Positions 1 to 10,200 of a stretch of DNA of 64,000 nt are shown piece by piece. The notes under the pieces were generated by a model, which saw only the letters and a program-made list of their open reading frames with translations, ran no database searches and was not told where the DNA came from. The stretch is from positions 1,536,001-1,600,000 of the forward strand of contig CBDESU010000002.1 of NCBI GenBank assembly GCA_965242695.1. The letters run 5' to 3'. The number at the start of each line of letters is the position of its first letter. Position 1 is the stretch's first letter. The translations under genes and the position numbers were made by a program. The DNA comes from Cenarchaeum sp. (GTDB taxonomy: Archaea > Thermoproteota > Nitrososphaeria > Nitrososphaerales > Nitrosopumilaceae).

Positions 1-558
1 GACCGTGTCGGGGAGGCTTATGCGGTCCGCGCCTGCCTCCTCGATCGCCCTGCACGCCTCGATCAGGAACGCCGGGTCGGCCCTGCTGCCGTCCTCTACC
101 GTAAAGCGGATCTTGAGGCCGTGCGACTTTGCATACTCGACCGTGTCGACGGCCCTGCGCAGGGCCTCTTCCCGGGTTATGCGCAGCTTGTCCCTCAGGT
201 GGACGTCGGAGACGCCGAGGTACGCGGCGACCCACCTTGCGCCGCACCTCCGCGAGACGTCGATATCCTCCCTCAGGGCCCGCCCGTGGGCGACGATGTC
301 GGCCGAGAGCGACTGCCCGATTATCGCCTTCGTGGCCTCGGCGTGGTCGGGCGATATGATTGGCGATATCTCTATCTGGTCGACCCCAAAGTAGTCGAGC
401 AGCCATGCGATCTGTATGCGCTGCTTGTTCGTGAACGACACGCCGGGGTGCTGCTCGCCCTCGCGCAGCGTGCTGTCGAGTATGCGCACGCGCCGGTCCC
501 TCGACTCGCCGGCCCCCTCGGCGTTGTACGCGCGCGCGTGCCTGTTGTAGTCGGCCAT
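1..558 (-). CDS. Homocitrate synthase / 2-isopropylmalate synthase (LeuA-family DRE-TIM), N-terminal part, runs off the window edge
   Basis: Manual translation from ATG at 558 gives MADYNRHARAY...RVRILDSTLREGEQHPGVSFTNKQRIQIAWLLDYFGVDQIEI...RISLPDTV, with the DSTLREGEQ motif. Position directly after lysM fits homocitrate synthase. Not in the ORF track. Confidence 0.88.
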   Translation of the reverse strand, partial: MADYNRHARAYNAEGAGESRDRRVRILDSTLREGEQHPGVSFTNKQRIQIAWLLDYFGVDQIEISPIISPDHAEATKAIIGQSLSADIVAHGRALREDIDVSRRCGARWVAAYLGVSDVHLRDKLRITREEALRRAVDTVEYAKSHGLKIRFTVEDGSRADPAFLIEACRAIEEAGADRISLPDTV

Positions 559-687
559 GCGCGGCGCGCGCCGGATCCCCCCTATAAAACATGCCTACCG
601 GCGGTGGGCATTTGCGCGCCGCGGGCGCGATATGGTGCAGATTATGCCCGCCCGGGGCGGAAATGGCCTCTTTTGGGGCGTATTTTG

Positions 688-1251
688 TCAGACCACCGTC
701 TTGAGTATTATGACGGTGTTCGTGTCCGTCACGCCGGGCACCCGCCTCACGGTGTCTATGGTCTCGTTGACCTGGTCGATTCCTGCGGCGCTCATAATAA
801 TGGCAATGTCGTGCTGGCCGGTAATCTCGTATATCCTCGCCGTCGTGGCGCGCCATGCGCCGCCCGGGCCCCGCCCGCCGCGCCGCCCGGGCCCCGCCCG
901 CCGCGCCCCGCCGCGCCCCGTTCTCCCGCCCGAGTCCCCCGCGGCAAGGGCCCTGAGGGATGCCGATATCTTTGATATGTCCGACGCCGACTCGGCCGAG
1001 ACGAGGACGATGGCCTTTGCGCCTGCGCCGTCGCCCCGCTCCACCGTGAACCTGACGGCCCCACCGGCGGCCATCCTGGCCAGGCGCTTGCGCGTCCCCG
1101 TCTCGGACATGCCGACCCTCTTGGCGAGCTTTGCGACGGGCATGCGCGCATCGCCGGCGAGCGCGGCGATGATCTCCTCATCGTGATCGGGCGTACTTCC
1201 GCCGGCCGCCGCGGCCGCGGCCGCCCGCGGGGGGCGCCTCCTGCCGGCCAC
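688..1251 (-). CDS. lysM: Lrp/AsnC-family regulator LysM
   Basis: DEEIIAALAGDARMPVAKLAKRVGMSETGTRKRL HTH plus C-terminal IYEITGQHDI...DTNTVIIL RAM domain, inside the lys cluster. GTG start at 1251 chosen because it follows the lysJ stop. Confidence 0.85.
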   Translation of the reverse strand: MAGRRRPPRAAAAAAAGGSTPDHDEEIIAALAGDARMPVAKLAKRVGMSETGTRKRLARMAAGGAVRFTVERGDGAGAKAIVLVSAESASDISKISASLRALAAGDSGGRTGRGGARRAGPGRRGGRGPGGAWRATTARIYEITGQHDIAIIMSAAGIDQVNETIDTVRRVPGVTDTNTVIILKTVV

Positions 1252-1258
1252 CGGCGCA

Positions 1259-2482
1259 TCACCTGCGCCCTGGCGCAGCGGCGCCGGACTGCCCCGCGCC
1301 GCCGCCTTCGCCGGACCTCTTTTTCTCCTCTGCGCCGAGCACGTCGTCGAGCGTGTCGACGACGGCGCCCGCATCGTCCCTGGTGAGGACGAGGGGCGGC
1401 AGCAGCCTCAGTATGTTGCGCCCCGAGTAGAGCAGCAGCAGGCCGCGCCTGATCGACTCGAGCAGGACGTCGCGCACCTCGAAGCGCAGCTCGACGCCTA
1501 TCATGAGGCCGCGCCCGCGCACCTCGCGGATGATGCGCCTCTTTTCGCGCAGGCGCTCGAGGCGGCCGATGAGCTCGGCGCCGACGCTCGCCGCGTTCTC
1601 GGGCATGCCCTCGCCGCGTATGGCATCGAGCGTCGCCGTGCCGGCGGCGCACGAGAGCGGGTTGCCGCCGAACGTCGAGGTGTGCTCGCCCCTGCCGAGG
1701 CTCGAGAGTATCTCGGGCCTTGCGAGGGTCGCGCCCATGGGCACGCCGCCGGCGATCCCCTTTGCCAGGCACATGACGTCTGGCGCGACGCCGTCGTGCT
1801 CGGCCGCCCACATGCGGCCCGTGCGGCCGAGGCCCGACTGGATCTCGTCAAAGGCGAGGACGGCGCCGTTCTCGTCGCACGCCGCGCGCGCCTCGCGCAG
1901 GAATCCGTCGGGGGCCGGATAGATGCCGCGCTCGCCCTGGACGGGCTCGGCGATGACCATTGCCGTGTCCCGGCCGACGGCGGCGCGCAGCGCGTCCGCA
2001 TCGCCGAACGGCACGAACTCTACGGGGCCGATCAGCGGCTCAAAGCTCTTGCGGTACTTTGGCCCAAACGTCATCGACAGGGCCCCCATCGTCTTGCCGT
2101 GGTAGGCCCCCCGCATGGCCACGACCTTGCGGCGGCCCGTGAACTTGAGGGCCATCTTGAGGGCCGCCTCGGCCGCCTCGGCCCCGCTGTTGTTCAGGTG
2201 CGCCTGCTCGAGGCCGGCCGGCGCCTCCTTGACGAGCCTCTCGAGGAACGCCTCGCGCTCGGGGCTGTACAGCGACGGGTGGACGGTAACGACCCTGTCG
2301 AGTTGCGCGCGCACGGCGGCGACGACGGACGGGTGGCGGTGGCCGACGAGGGCCACCCCGTACCCAGCCATGCAGTCGATGTACTCTTTTCCGGCATCGT
2401 CCCACACGCGCGTCCCCTCTGCCCTTGCGACCCTCACTGGAAACCTCTGGTAGAGGCCCCCCATGCGCTCGTCCTCAGTCAC
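1259..2482 (-). CDS. lysJ: [LysW]-aminoadipate/glutamate semialdehyde transaminase (class III PLP aminotransferase)
   Basis: Motifs NSGAEA, YHGKT, EPVQGE, FDEIQSGLGRTG, LAKGIAGG, STFGGNPL; operon context. Confidence 0.93.
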   Translation of the reverse strand: MTEDERMGGLYQRFPVRVARAEGTRVWDDAGKEYIDCMAGYGVALVGHRHPSVVAAVRAQLDRVVTVHPSLYSPEREAFLERLVKEAPAGLEQAHLNNSGAEAAEAALKMALKFTGRRKVVAMRGAYHGKTMGALSMTFGPKYRKSFEPLIGPVEFVPFGDADALRAAVGRDTAMVIAEPVQGERGIYPAPDGFLREARAACDENGAVLAFDEIQSGLGRTGRMWAAEHDGVAPDVMCLAKGIAGGVPMGATLARPEILSSLGRGEHTSTFGGNPLSCAAGTATLDAIRGEGMPENAASVGAELIGRLERLREKRRIIREVRGRGLMIGVELRFEVRDVLLESIRRGLLLLYSGRNILRLLPPLVLTRDDAGAVVDTLDDVLGAEEKKRSGEGGGAGQSGAAAPGRR

Positions 2483-3281
2483 CGCTGATCACCGTGCATC
2501 CGTCGTGCGCGATCGCCGACGATATAGGGTTTTGCCGCGAGCCGCTCGCTATGAGGGCCTCGCCGACGCCCATGCCGAGGGCCTCGCCGGCGGCGAGCAG
2601 CTTTTTCTCCATGCCGGGGCCGGCCTTTGCGCGCGCCTTCTCGGCGCCGCCCCTCGTGAGCGACCCGACCAGCCTGCCCGACTCGTCTAGCAGCCCGTCG
2701 ACGTCCGTTATGAACAGGACGCGGTCGGCGCCGGACGCGCCGGCCACGTACGCGGCGGCCCTGTCGCCGTCGACGTTGAGCAGCTCGTTGTCGGCGCCGA
2801 TCGCGACGGGCGAGACGACGGGGACCATCCCGGCCTCGAGCAGCGACCCGAGCAGCCCCGCGTTGACCGCCCTTATCTTGCCCGTGTACCCCCCGTCGAT
2901 GGCCTGCTTGCGGCCCCTCTCGTTTACGATCACGAGCCGCGCCTTGCGCTCGGCCTCGATCGTCCGCCCGTCGACCCCGGACAGGCCGACGGCGTTGACG
3001 CCGGCGGCCTGCAGCATGCGGACTATCCCTGTGCTGATCCGGCCCGCCATGACCATGGCGAATATCTCGACGGTCCGCTCGTCGGTGTAGCGGCTGCGGA
3101 TGCCGCCCGGCGACGTGACAAACCTCGGCTCGACGCCCATCTGCTCGCACACGCTAGTGACGTCCTTGCCGCCGCCGTGCACGATGATCGCCCCCTCGGC
3201 CGCGGCGACCTCCCTGATGTCGTCGACGGCCGACGGGTGCAGGCCGGAGACGATGCTGCCGCCTATCTTGACTACGATCAT
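2475..3281 (-). CDS. lysZ: [LysW]-aminoadipate/glutamate kinase
   Basis: MIVVKIGGS, VHGGG, SRYTD, NVDGDRAA, TDVDG, GMEKK motifs. Confidence 0.93.
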   Translation of the reverse strand: MIVVKIGGSIVSGLHPSAVDDIREVAAAEGAIIVHGGGKDVTSVCEQMGVEPRFVTSPGGIRSRYTDERTVEIFAMVMAGRISTGIVRMLQAAGVNAVGLSGVDGRTIEAERKARLVIVNERGRKQAIDGGYTGKIRAVNAGLLGSLLEAGMVPVVSPVAIGADNELLNVDGDRAAAYVAGASGADRVLFITDVDGLLDESGRLVGSLTRGGAEKARAKAGPGMEKKLLAAGEALGMGVGEALIASGSRQNPISSAIAHDGCTVISGD

Positions 3282-3287
3282 CGTACC

Positions 3288-4343
3288 CTACACCGGCGTG
3301 AGGGGCGTGTACCCGAGGCCGGCGTCCTCGTCGAACCCGGCCATGACGTTCATGTTCTGCACGGCAGACCCCGCCGCCCCCTTCATGAGGTTGTCCGAGG
3401 CCGACAGCGAGATGAGCCTGTTGTTGTCCTCGTCGATGTCGAACCCGATGTCGCAAAAGTTCGAGCCGACGACGAACTTTGGGTCGGGGAACTTGTAGAG
3501 GCCCTTCTTGTCCCGGATGAGCCTCACGAACCGCTCCTCGCCGTACGCGGCGCGGTATATCTTCCATATCTCCTTCTCGTCGATGCCGCCCTCGCCGCCG
3601 GCGACGAACGAGTGGTTCGTGCAGAGTATGCCGCGCACCACGTCGACGGCGTGGGGGCTCATCGAGACGCGGATCTTTTTCCCGGCGATCTCGCTCAGCT
3701 CCTGCTCTATCTCGCCCGTGTGGCGGTGCTTTGCCGGCTTGTACGGGCGGATGACGCTCGCCCGCATGGCATGCGACGTGCCGGCGCCCGACCCGGCGCC
3801 CGACGAGCCGATCTTCGAGTCGACGACGATGTGCTCGTGGCTTATGACGCCCTCGCGCACGAGCGGGGCGAGCGCAAGCGTCGCCGTGACGGCCATGCAG
3901 CCGGGGCACGAGACGAGCTTCGCGCCGCGTATCTGCTCGCGGTGCAGCTCGGGCACGCCGAACACCGACTTTGGCAGGTAGTCGGGGTGGGGGTGCTCCC
4001 AGCCGTACCACTTGTCGTAGTCGGCGGGGTCGTGGAGGCGGTAGTCGGCGCTCAGGTCGATCACCTTTACGCCCCTGTCGTACAGGGCCTTTACGATCTC
4101 GGTGGCCGTGCCGTGCGGGACGGCCGTGAATACGAGGTCGCACTTGTCCGAGAGGCGGTCGTAGTCTAGCTCGGAAAAGACGATGTCCGTAAAGCCCTTT
4201 AGGCTCGGGTGGACGCGGTGCAGGTACTCGCCGACGTGCTGGCGCGACGTGACGGCGCCGATCTCGACGTTGGGGTGCGAGATGAGCAGGCGCAGCGTCT
4301 CGCCGCCGACGTAGCCGGATGCACCGATGACGCCGACCTTCAC
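3288..4343 (-). CDS. lysY: [LysW]-aminoadipyl/glutamyl-phosphate reductase (ArgC family)
   Basis: VGVIGASGYVGGE, DLSADYR, PGC, SSGAG, DNLMKGAAG. Real start is the GTG at 4343; the ORF-track extension upstream is low-complexity. Confidence 0.93.
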   Translation of the reverse strand: MKVGVIGASGYVGGETLRLLISHPNVEIGAVTSRQHVGEYLHRVHPSLKGFTDIVFSELDYDRLSDKCDLVFTAVPHGTATEIVKALYDRGVKVIDLSADYRLHDPADYDKWYGWEHPHPDYLPKSVFGVPELHREQIRGAKLVSCPGCMAVTATLALAPLVREGVISHEHIVVDSKIGSSGAGSGAGTSHAMRASVIRPYKPAKHRHTGEIEQELSEIAGKKIRVSMSPHAVDVVRGILCTNHSFVAGGEGGIDEKEIWKIYRAAYGEERFVRLIRDKKGLYKFPDPKFVVGSNFCDIGFDIDEDNNRLISLSASDNLMKGAAGSAVQNMNVMAGFDEDAGLGYTPLTPV

Positions 4344-4368
4344 GGGGCGCCGGCCCGTCCCGTGTAAT

Positions 4369-4932
4369 TTAACCTGTATGGGCACGGCGGCCGCGGCGGG
4401 GACGCGGCGGGGACGGCGCCCCTTGGCGCGGCGGCCGGCCGGCCGGGGCGCCCGCGGCGCCGGGATGCGCGGGCGGGCTACCCGGAGCGGCCGCCCATCT
4501 TGGGGCATTCGCATCCCTGCTGGATCCATCCGCCGGCAGGGCGCCGGCCTGTCGCATGCAGAAGCGCGCGGCCTGGACGCGGTTCATCGCACCGGGGCCC
4601 TCTCCCGCGCCGCCGCCGGCCACGCTCCCGTTCCGCCCCGCCCCGCACTCTGCCAGCCTCCCGACCTCGCGCATGACGATCCCGTCTACCTGTCCGATCG
4701 TTCCGTACCCGCAACGCCCAAGGTCAGCCGCGAGCTGCCTGACCTCGGCCAGGCTGCCCTGGCTTCTGAGCACGAAGCGCCACTGGAGGTAGGCATCGAG
4801 GCTGTCGAAGCTGATGGGCATGCCGGGGCTTGCGTATGCGACGCCCTCGGGCAGGCCGATGCTGACCCTCCTGCCGCGGCGGCGCTTTGTCAGCTCGCCG
4901 GCCGCGACCATTGCATCGACCCTCGACCTCAC
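4369..4932 (-). CDS. Hypothetical protein inserted between lysX and lysY; possible wHTH N-terminus
   Basis: 187-aa ORF co-oriented with the operon, with globular-looking segments (VRSRVDAMVAAGELTKRRRGRRVSIGL; SFDSLDAYLQWRF...LAADLGRCGYGTIGQVDGIV). Confidence 0.5.
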   Translation of the reverse strand: MRSRVDAMVAAGELTKRRRGRRVSIGLPEGVAYASPGMPISFDSLDAYLQWRFVLRSQGSLAEVRQLAADLGRCGYGTIGQVDGIVMREVGRLAECGAGRNGSVAGGGAGEGPGAMNRVQAARFCMRQAGALPADGSSRDANAPRWAAAPGSPPAHPGAAGAPAGRPPRQGAPSPPRPRRGRRAHTG

Positions 4933-4995
4933 GTTCCTGTCGCTAATACCGCCGCCGCGGTTCCGGCGCGCACGGACGCCGCCTCTCCGCCCTTC

Positions 4996-5877
4996 TCACC
5001 TGGCCGCCTGCTCTGCGGCGTACCTGACGATCTCGGCCGGTATGTTCGCGCCCGTCACGGCCGATATTCCCTTGAACTCGACCGTGTTGTTGACCTCGTG
5101 GACGACGAGGCGCCCGTCCTGCGCGAGGTCCTCCATCATGTCGATGCCGAGGACGCCCCCGCCGACTGCATCCGACGCGCGGGCCGCGAGCTCGGCCATC
5201 TCGGGCGTCACCTTGCACGGCTTCGGCTCGCCGCCGGCCGAGACGTTGGTCGTAAACGACCCCTTGCCGGCCTCGCGGTACTCGGCAGCTATGGCCCTGC
5301 CGCCGACCGAGACGACCCGTATGTCGCGCGGGGGGCGGTCGACGAGGCGCTGCAGGTAGTATATGCGGTCGTGCGGCGTGTCGGACAGCTCGCGCATCTC
5401 GGCGACGGCGTCGAGCGTGTCGGCGTCGCGCAGCGGCATGACTCCGCGCCCCCAGCTGCCGATGACCGGCTTGATGACGAGCGGGAGCCCCTCGGACGCG
5501 GCGCACTCGGACGCGGCCTCGCGGGTAAAGGCAAAGTGCGTCTCGGGGGTCGGCACGCCGCTCCCTGCGAGTCGGAGCGTCATGAGCATCTTGTTGCCGC
5601 ACACGGTGGCAGTGGACAGCGGGTTGACCACCGCAAGGCCCATCGACTCGAGGGCGGCCGTGACGTGCAGCCCGCGGATGTAGCTGATGCACCGCTCAAG
5701 GACGGCCTGCGAGCCGCCCCCGAGCCCGATGTCCTCTGGCCCCGTGCGCGTCGACAGCCTGAGGCTCTTTGCATCGACGGTAGCCGCCTCGTGACCCTGC
5801 GCGCGCGCCTCGTCGCGCAGCATCTTTTCCTCGGAGCGGAGGCGGTCGTACACGACGCATATGCGCGCCGACCCTAC
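4996..5877 (-). CDS. lysX: ATP-grasp LysW ligase (LysX/ArgX, RimK family); start codon uncertain
   Basis: YDRLRSEEKML, VIKPVIGSWGRG, PRDIRV, HEVNNTVEFKG. Homology appears to extend to about 5870; the first canonical start (GTG 5853) lies inside the first beta strand. Confidence 0.92.
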   Translation of the reverse strand, partial: VGSARICVVYDRLRSEEKMLRDEARAQGHEAATVDAKSLRLSTRTGPEDIGLGGGSQAVLERCISYIRGLHVTAALESMGLAVVNPLSTATVCGNKMLMTLRLAGSGVPTPETHFAFTREAASECAASEGLPLVIKPVIGSWGRGVMPLRDADTLDAVAEMRELSDTPHDRIYYLQRLVDRPPRDIRVVSVGGRAIAAEYREAGKGSFTTNVSAGGEPKPCKVTPEMAELAARASDAVGGGVLGIDMMEDLAQDGRLVVHEVNNTVEFKGISAVTGANIPAEIVRYAAEQAAR

Positions 5878-6044
5878 TCCCCCCAGTCTTCGCCGACCGT
5901 CTCGGCCGGCTTGAGGTCTAGGCCCCCGCCGTCGGCGGCCGCAAGCTCGTAGTCGGCGCCGCAGTCGGGGCAGGATACGATCTCGCCGGCGTCGGCGTCG
6001 TCTGGCACGGCCAGGGACGCGTCGCACTCTGGACAGCTCTTCAT
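5874..6044 (-). CDS. lysW: Amino-group carrier protein LysW (56 aa)
   Basis: MKSCPECDASLAVPDDADAGEIVSCPDCGADYELAAADGGGLDLKPAETVGEDWGE*: two CxxC and the diagnostic EDWGE C-terminus; ATGA overlap with argG. Not in the ORF track. Confidence 0.97.
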   Translation of the reverse strand: MKSCPECDASLAVPDDADAGEIVSCPDCGADYELAAADGGGLDLKPAETVGEDWGE

Positions 6045-7243
6045 GCTCGGCGGCGCCCGCCTGCGGCCATTTTATTAGCTTTTGTCGTCGGCAGGCCCCA
6101 CAGCTCGACGAACCCCCTGGCCGAGCGCTGGTCAAAGTCCGAGCCCGACCCGTACGTGGCCGTTCCCACGTCGTACAGCGACGCGTCCGCCCTGCGCCCG
6201 ACGACCCTCATGGACCCCTTGTGGAGCCTGAGGCGGACCGTCCCGGACACCGCGCGCTGGCTGCTCTCGATGTACGCGTCGAGGTCGGCCCTGAGCGGAT
6301 CGTCCCACAGCCCCGAGTAGACGAGGTCGGCCCACTCTGCATCGGCGATCGGCTTGAGCCTGTTCTGGCGCCTCGTGTGGACGGCCTTTTCGAGGTCCTG
6401 GTGCGCCTCGATCAGGCACAGCGCGCCGGGCGTCTCGTAGACCTCGCGCGACTTTATGCCGACCGTGCGGTCCTCGATGTGGTCGACGATGCCGACGCCT
6501 GCCGCGCCGGCCCTGCGGTTGGCGTGCGACACGAGGCGGACGGGGTCCATGGAGCGGCCGTCGATCGCGACGGGGGCGCCCCGCTCGAACCTTACGGTCA
6601 TGTACGCGGGCCTGTCGGGCAGGCCCGACACGCGGACCCACTCGAACGCGTCGTCGGGCGGCTCGGCGTACGCGTCCTCGACGTCGCCGCCCTCTATGGC
6701 CCTTCCCCACAGGTTCTGGTCGATGCTGTACTTTTTGGCCACCGCGTCGATCCTGATGCCGTGCCTCTTGGCAAACTCCAGCTCGGTCGGCCTGTCCAGG
6801 TTCATGTCGCGGACGGGCGCGATGATGGGCAGGTCGGAGCCGGCGCGCAGCGACACGTCGAACCTGACCTGGTCGTTTCCCTTGCCCGAGCAGCCGTGGG
6901 CGAGCGCGTCCGCATCCTCCTCGGCGGCCACCTCTAGCATCTTCTTTGCTATGAGGGGGCGGGCAAGGGCCGTGGCCAGGCAGTACTTTTTCTGGTACAG
7001 CGCGTTCGCCTTTATGGCGGGGAAGATGTAGCCGGACGCGAACTCTGCGCGCGCGTCGATGTGGCGGTGGGCGACGGCCCCGAGGCTCTTGGACTTTGCG
7101 GCGATGCGGCGCGCGCTGTCGCCCTGGCCGACGTCGACCGTGACCGTGACGACGTCCATGCCGTGCTCTGCCTGGAGGTACTTTACGACGACCGAGGTGT
7201 CCAGCCCCCCGCTGAACGCCAGCACGGCCCTCTTTTCCACCAC
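6041..7243 (-). CDS. argG: Argininosuccinate synthase
   Basis: LAFSGGLDTS, AHGCSGKGNDQVRF, YSIDQNLWGR, GIKSREVYE motifs. Confidence 0.96.
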   Translation of the reverse strand: MVEKRAVLAFSGGLDTSVVVKYLQAEHGMDVVTVTVDVGQGDSARRIAAKSKSLGAVAHRHIDARAEFASGYIFPAIKANALYQKKYCLATALARPLIAKKMLEVAAEEDADALAHGCSGKGNDQVRFDVSLRAGSDLPIIAPVRDMNLDRPTELEFAKRHGIRIDAVAKKYSIDQNLWGRAIEGGDVEDAYAEPPDDAFEWVRVSGLPDRPAYMTVRFERGAPVAIDGRSMDPVRLVSHANRRAGAAGVGIVDHIEDRTVGIKSREVYETPGALCLIEAHQDLEKAVHTRRQNRLKPIADAEWADLVYSGLWDDPLRADLDAYIESSQRAVSGTVRLRLHKGSMRVVGRRADASLYDVGTATYGSGSDFDQRSARGFVELWGLPTTKANKMAAGGRRRA

Positions 7244-7267
7244 GGGCCGCCTCCGCGCCGAGCCGTA

Positions 7268-10200
7268 TTATCTCTTGCCTCGGGGATGGCCGCCGCCGCC
7301 GGCGGTGGCCGCCTGCATCGCGACGGCCCTGGCCCTGCCGGCGCCCTTGGCCGCCGCGTCCTCGGCACGGGGGCGGCCCTGCGCAGCCAGCCGCCGGCCG
7401 GCCGGCGCCTCTGCGGCGGCCAGCCCCGCCTCGGGGGCAAGCTGCGCGATGCATGCATCGATGCTCTCTATGTGGTGGTCGAGCCATGCGAGCACGTTGG
7501 GGTCGTTCTCCCCCCTGTACAGGCGCAGCGCCTGCGCCCTCTTGCCGGCATAGTGCGACAGGATCGACCCCTCGTACGCCCCCATCAGAAATGCCCCCGA
7601 GATGCAGGCCCTTACGTCCCTGTCGCCGCCAAACCGCGCTACAAAGTCCCTGACGGCGGCAAAGTCGGGCGGCAGGCTGCGCGACAGGCTTGCCGGCCTC
7701 TCGTCGGGCCTCTCCTCTGCCCAGCGCATGACGTCTGGCATGGGTAGCACGCGCGCGGCCGCCCCGGCCTTGATCCACGCGTACAGATGGTGCGCTACTT
7801 GCTTGTCGCCGCCGACCTCGGCGGACGCAAGGCGCGATGCGACCGCATCCCACACCTCGCGCGGCCGCAGCCGCGCCGCCTCTGTGAGCACGTCCAAGAG
7901 TGGGTCGCTGCCCGCCGGCGGCGCAGGCAGAACCGGCAGAGCCGGCGCCGGCGGGCGCCGGCAGAGCCTTGCAATCGCCGCCTCGGCCAGACGCGGTGCG
8001 CAGTCTGGATGCTGCCGGACGAACGCGGCGCAGAGGCCCTCCCATTTGGGCACACCGCCGTGATCTTCTACGGCTGATCCCAAGAGGCTCCCGTGCAGCA
8101 GCACGTCTAGGGCCGGCTGAAGCGGGATGCCGCGGGGGGCGCCATCGCCGCCGTCCGGCGGCTCGCTGGCGGGCAGGTAGCATGCGTGGAGCAGGCCCAG
8201 GGCCGCGGCGCCGGCGGCGGGGTCGCCCCTATGCGACTCGAGCAGTGCGCAGACCAGCGCGGAGAGTGCGCCGTCCGACACGCCGTCGGCAAGTATGCGC
8301 CCCGCGCACAGGACGCCGAGAGACTTGGGACTGAGCCGCCCCTTGGACACGCCCCCTGCCAGCCGCCGCACAGCCCTGTCCGACGCGCCCGCCATGCGCG
8401 TGAGCGCGGGCAGGTGCCTGCACAGCGCGCCGTCCAAGAGTATCCCATCGAGCATCTCCTCCGCCGCCTCGCCGTCGCCGCCGTCCCGCATGCCGCGCAG
8501 GTATCCTCCCAGGAACGACGGCGATGATGCGGCGGCCGCGCGCATGGCGCCGATGGCGGCGGCGGGGATCCGCCGCTGCTCGTCCCTTGTGGCGACTTCG
8601 AGCCCGAACTCGAATGCGCCCTCGGCCGCCCCTTCGCCGTCGCCGTCTTCCGCGACCAGCCAGTCCATGTCGGGCCCCCGCAGCCCGTCGTGCACGGCCG
8701 CATCCGCCAGCCGCTGCAGGTTCTGCCTGGTGCGGTCGGCATGCGCCCTGTACGCATCGCCCCATCCGATCCTCGCGCGCTTCCCGACGCCGCGCCTCAG
8801 CTCGGCGGAAAACCCGCTCCCCTCCACCGAGCCTCGAAGCGCGGCAAGGCGCGCCGCAATGCCGGCATCGATGCGCCCGGACTCGATGTCGAGCAGGACT
8901 CCGATCTGCTCGAGCAGGCGCCGAATGTCGGGCACCCTGCCGGCCGCGTACACCTTCTCGACGATCTCGACGGCCTGCGGCGCGAGCTCGGGCACGAGCG
9001 CGGCCTGCCACAGCGTCTCCACGGCCTGGCCCGCCGCCTCGCACCGCACCTCGTGGTCGGGGTCGCCCAGCGCGGCGCCGCCGATCATTTCTAGAACTCC
9101 GAGATAGTATGCGACGGCCCCCCGGCGGTCGCTGGGGGTCCACGGGTCGGGAATCGGCCGGCCCCCTTCGTAGTTGGGCATCGCAATCGAGTGCTTGCGC
9201 ATCCCTATGACCGCGCCGCAGGCGCGCACTGCCACGCGCCTTTCCTCGGCCGACTCGGAGCGCATTGCGCTCCCGATGACGTCGAGCCTGGCCGGCAGCG
9301 GCGTGGCAGTGGGCGCCGCGGGGCCGGATGCGGCCGGATCGAGGGCGTTGCAGTAGGAGTCGAGCGCGGGGTTGCGGTAGTACCCACTTGCGGAGCCCCT
9401 TGCGCCCTCGCGCGCCGCTGCTAGCCTCAGGAGGAGTCGCATTGCCCCTGCAAACGCGCCCGCGTGCCACAGCATCATCCTCAACGCATGCGCGACGTTC
9501 TCGGTACGGCAGCCAAGGCCGGCGGAAGGATCCTCCCCCTTTGCGCGCCCGAACGCCCTTTCTGCGTATGCTAGCGCAGAGGGGGGATCGATCGAGCTAA
9601 ACGTTAAAAAAAAATCCGCGCCGAGCCTGCTCTTGAGCACCCTGTCGGACTCGAGGAATCCGCCCGGCGCTAGCATGTCCCGTATGATCTGCGCCGTCTC
9701 GGGCGCGTCCTTTGCATACTTGAACATGTCTATGTACGACTGAAAAAGGCGCCGCGATCCCACCTCGACAAGCCGGTCGGGACCTGGAGCCATGCCGGCG
9801 GTGTACGTCTTCCACCAGCCTGCCCACATGTGCAGGTGGAGGAGCTTTGGTGTAATGTAGATCTCGGACTCGCCCTGCAGCACCTTCATGGCGCGCAGCC
9901 TTTCGACCGTGTCCATGAACTGCCCCCTGCTGATGTTGTGGTTCTCCTTAGCCAGCGATGCGACGCACTCGAGCTCGCGCATGTATATGCCCTCTCGCCT
10001 GAGCGTCTTGAAGAGGCTTATCCACCTCAGGACGATCTTGTGCACCTCTGCATCGGCCGATCCCTGCTCGTACCGCCCCGCAATGTGCCTTTCCCACACG
10101 GGCACGCTGACGGGCTGGCTGGAAGCATCGCCCGGATTTTTCCTCAGGTTTTCGCCCACTATGTGCGCCACCCGCGGCGACGGCCTAGAGTAGCCGATCC

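Noticed and set aside
6132-8183. Long Arg/Gly/Ala-rich alternative-frame ORFs (this one, also 32749-34941, 38927-41251, 49663-52218, 55185-56975)
   Set aside because: They overlap well-supported genes and are the expected stop-poor shadow frames of very GC-rich DNA.
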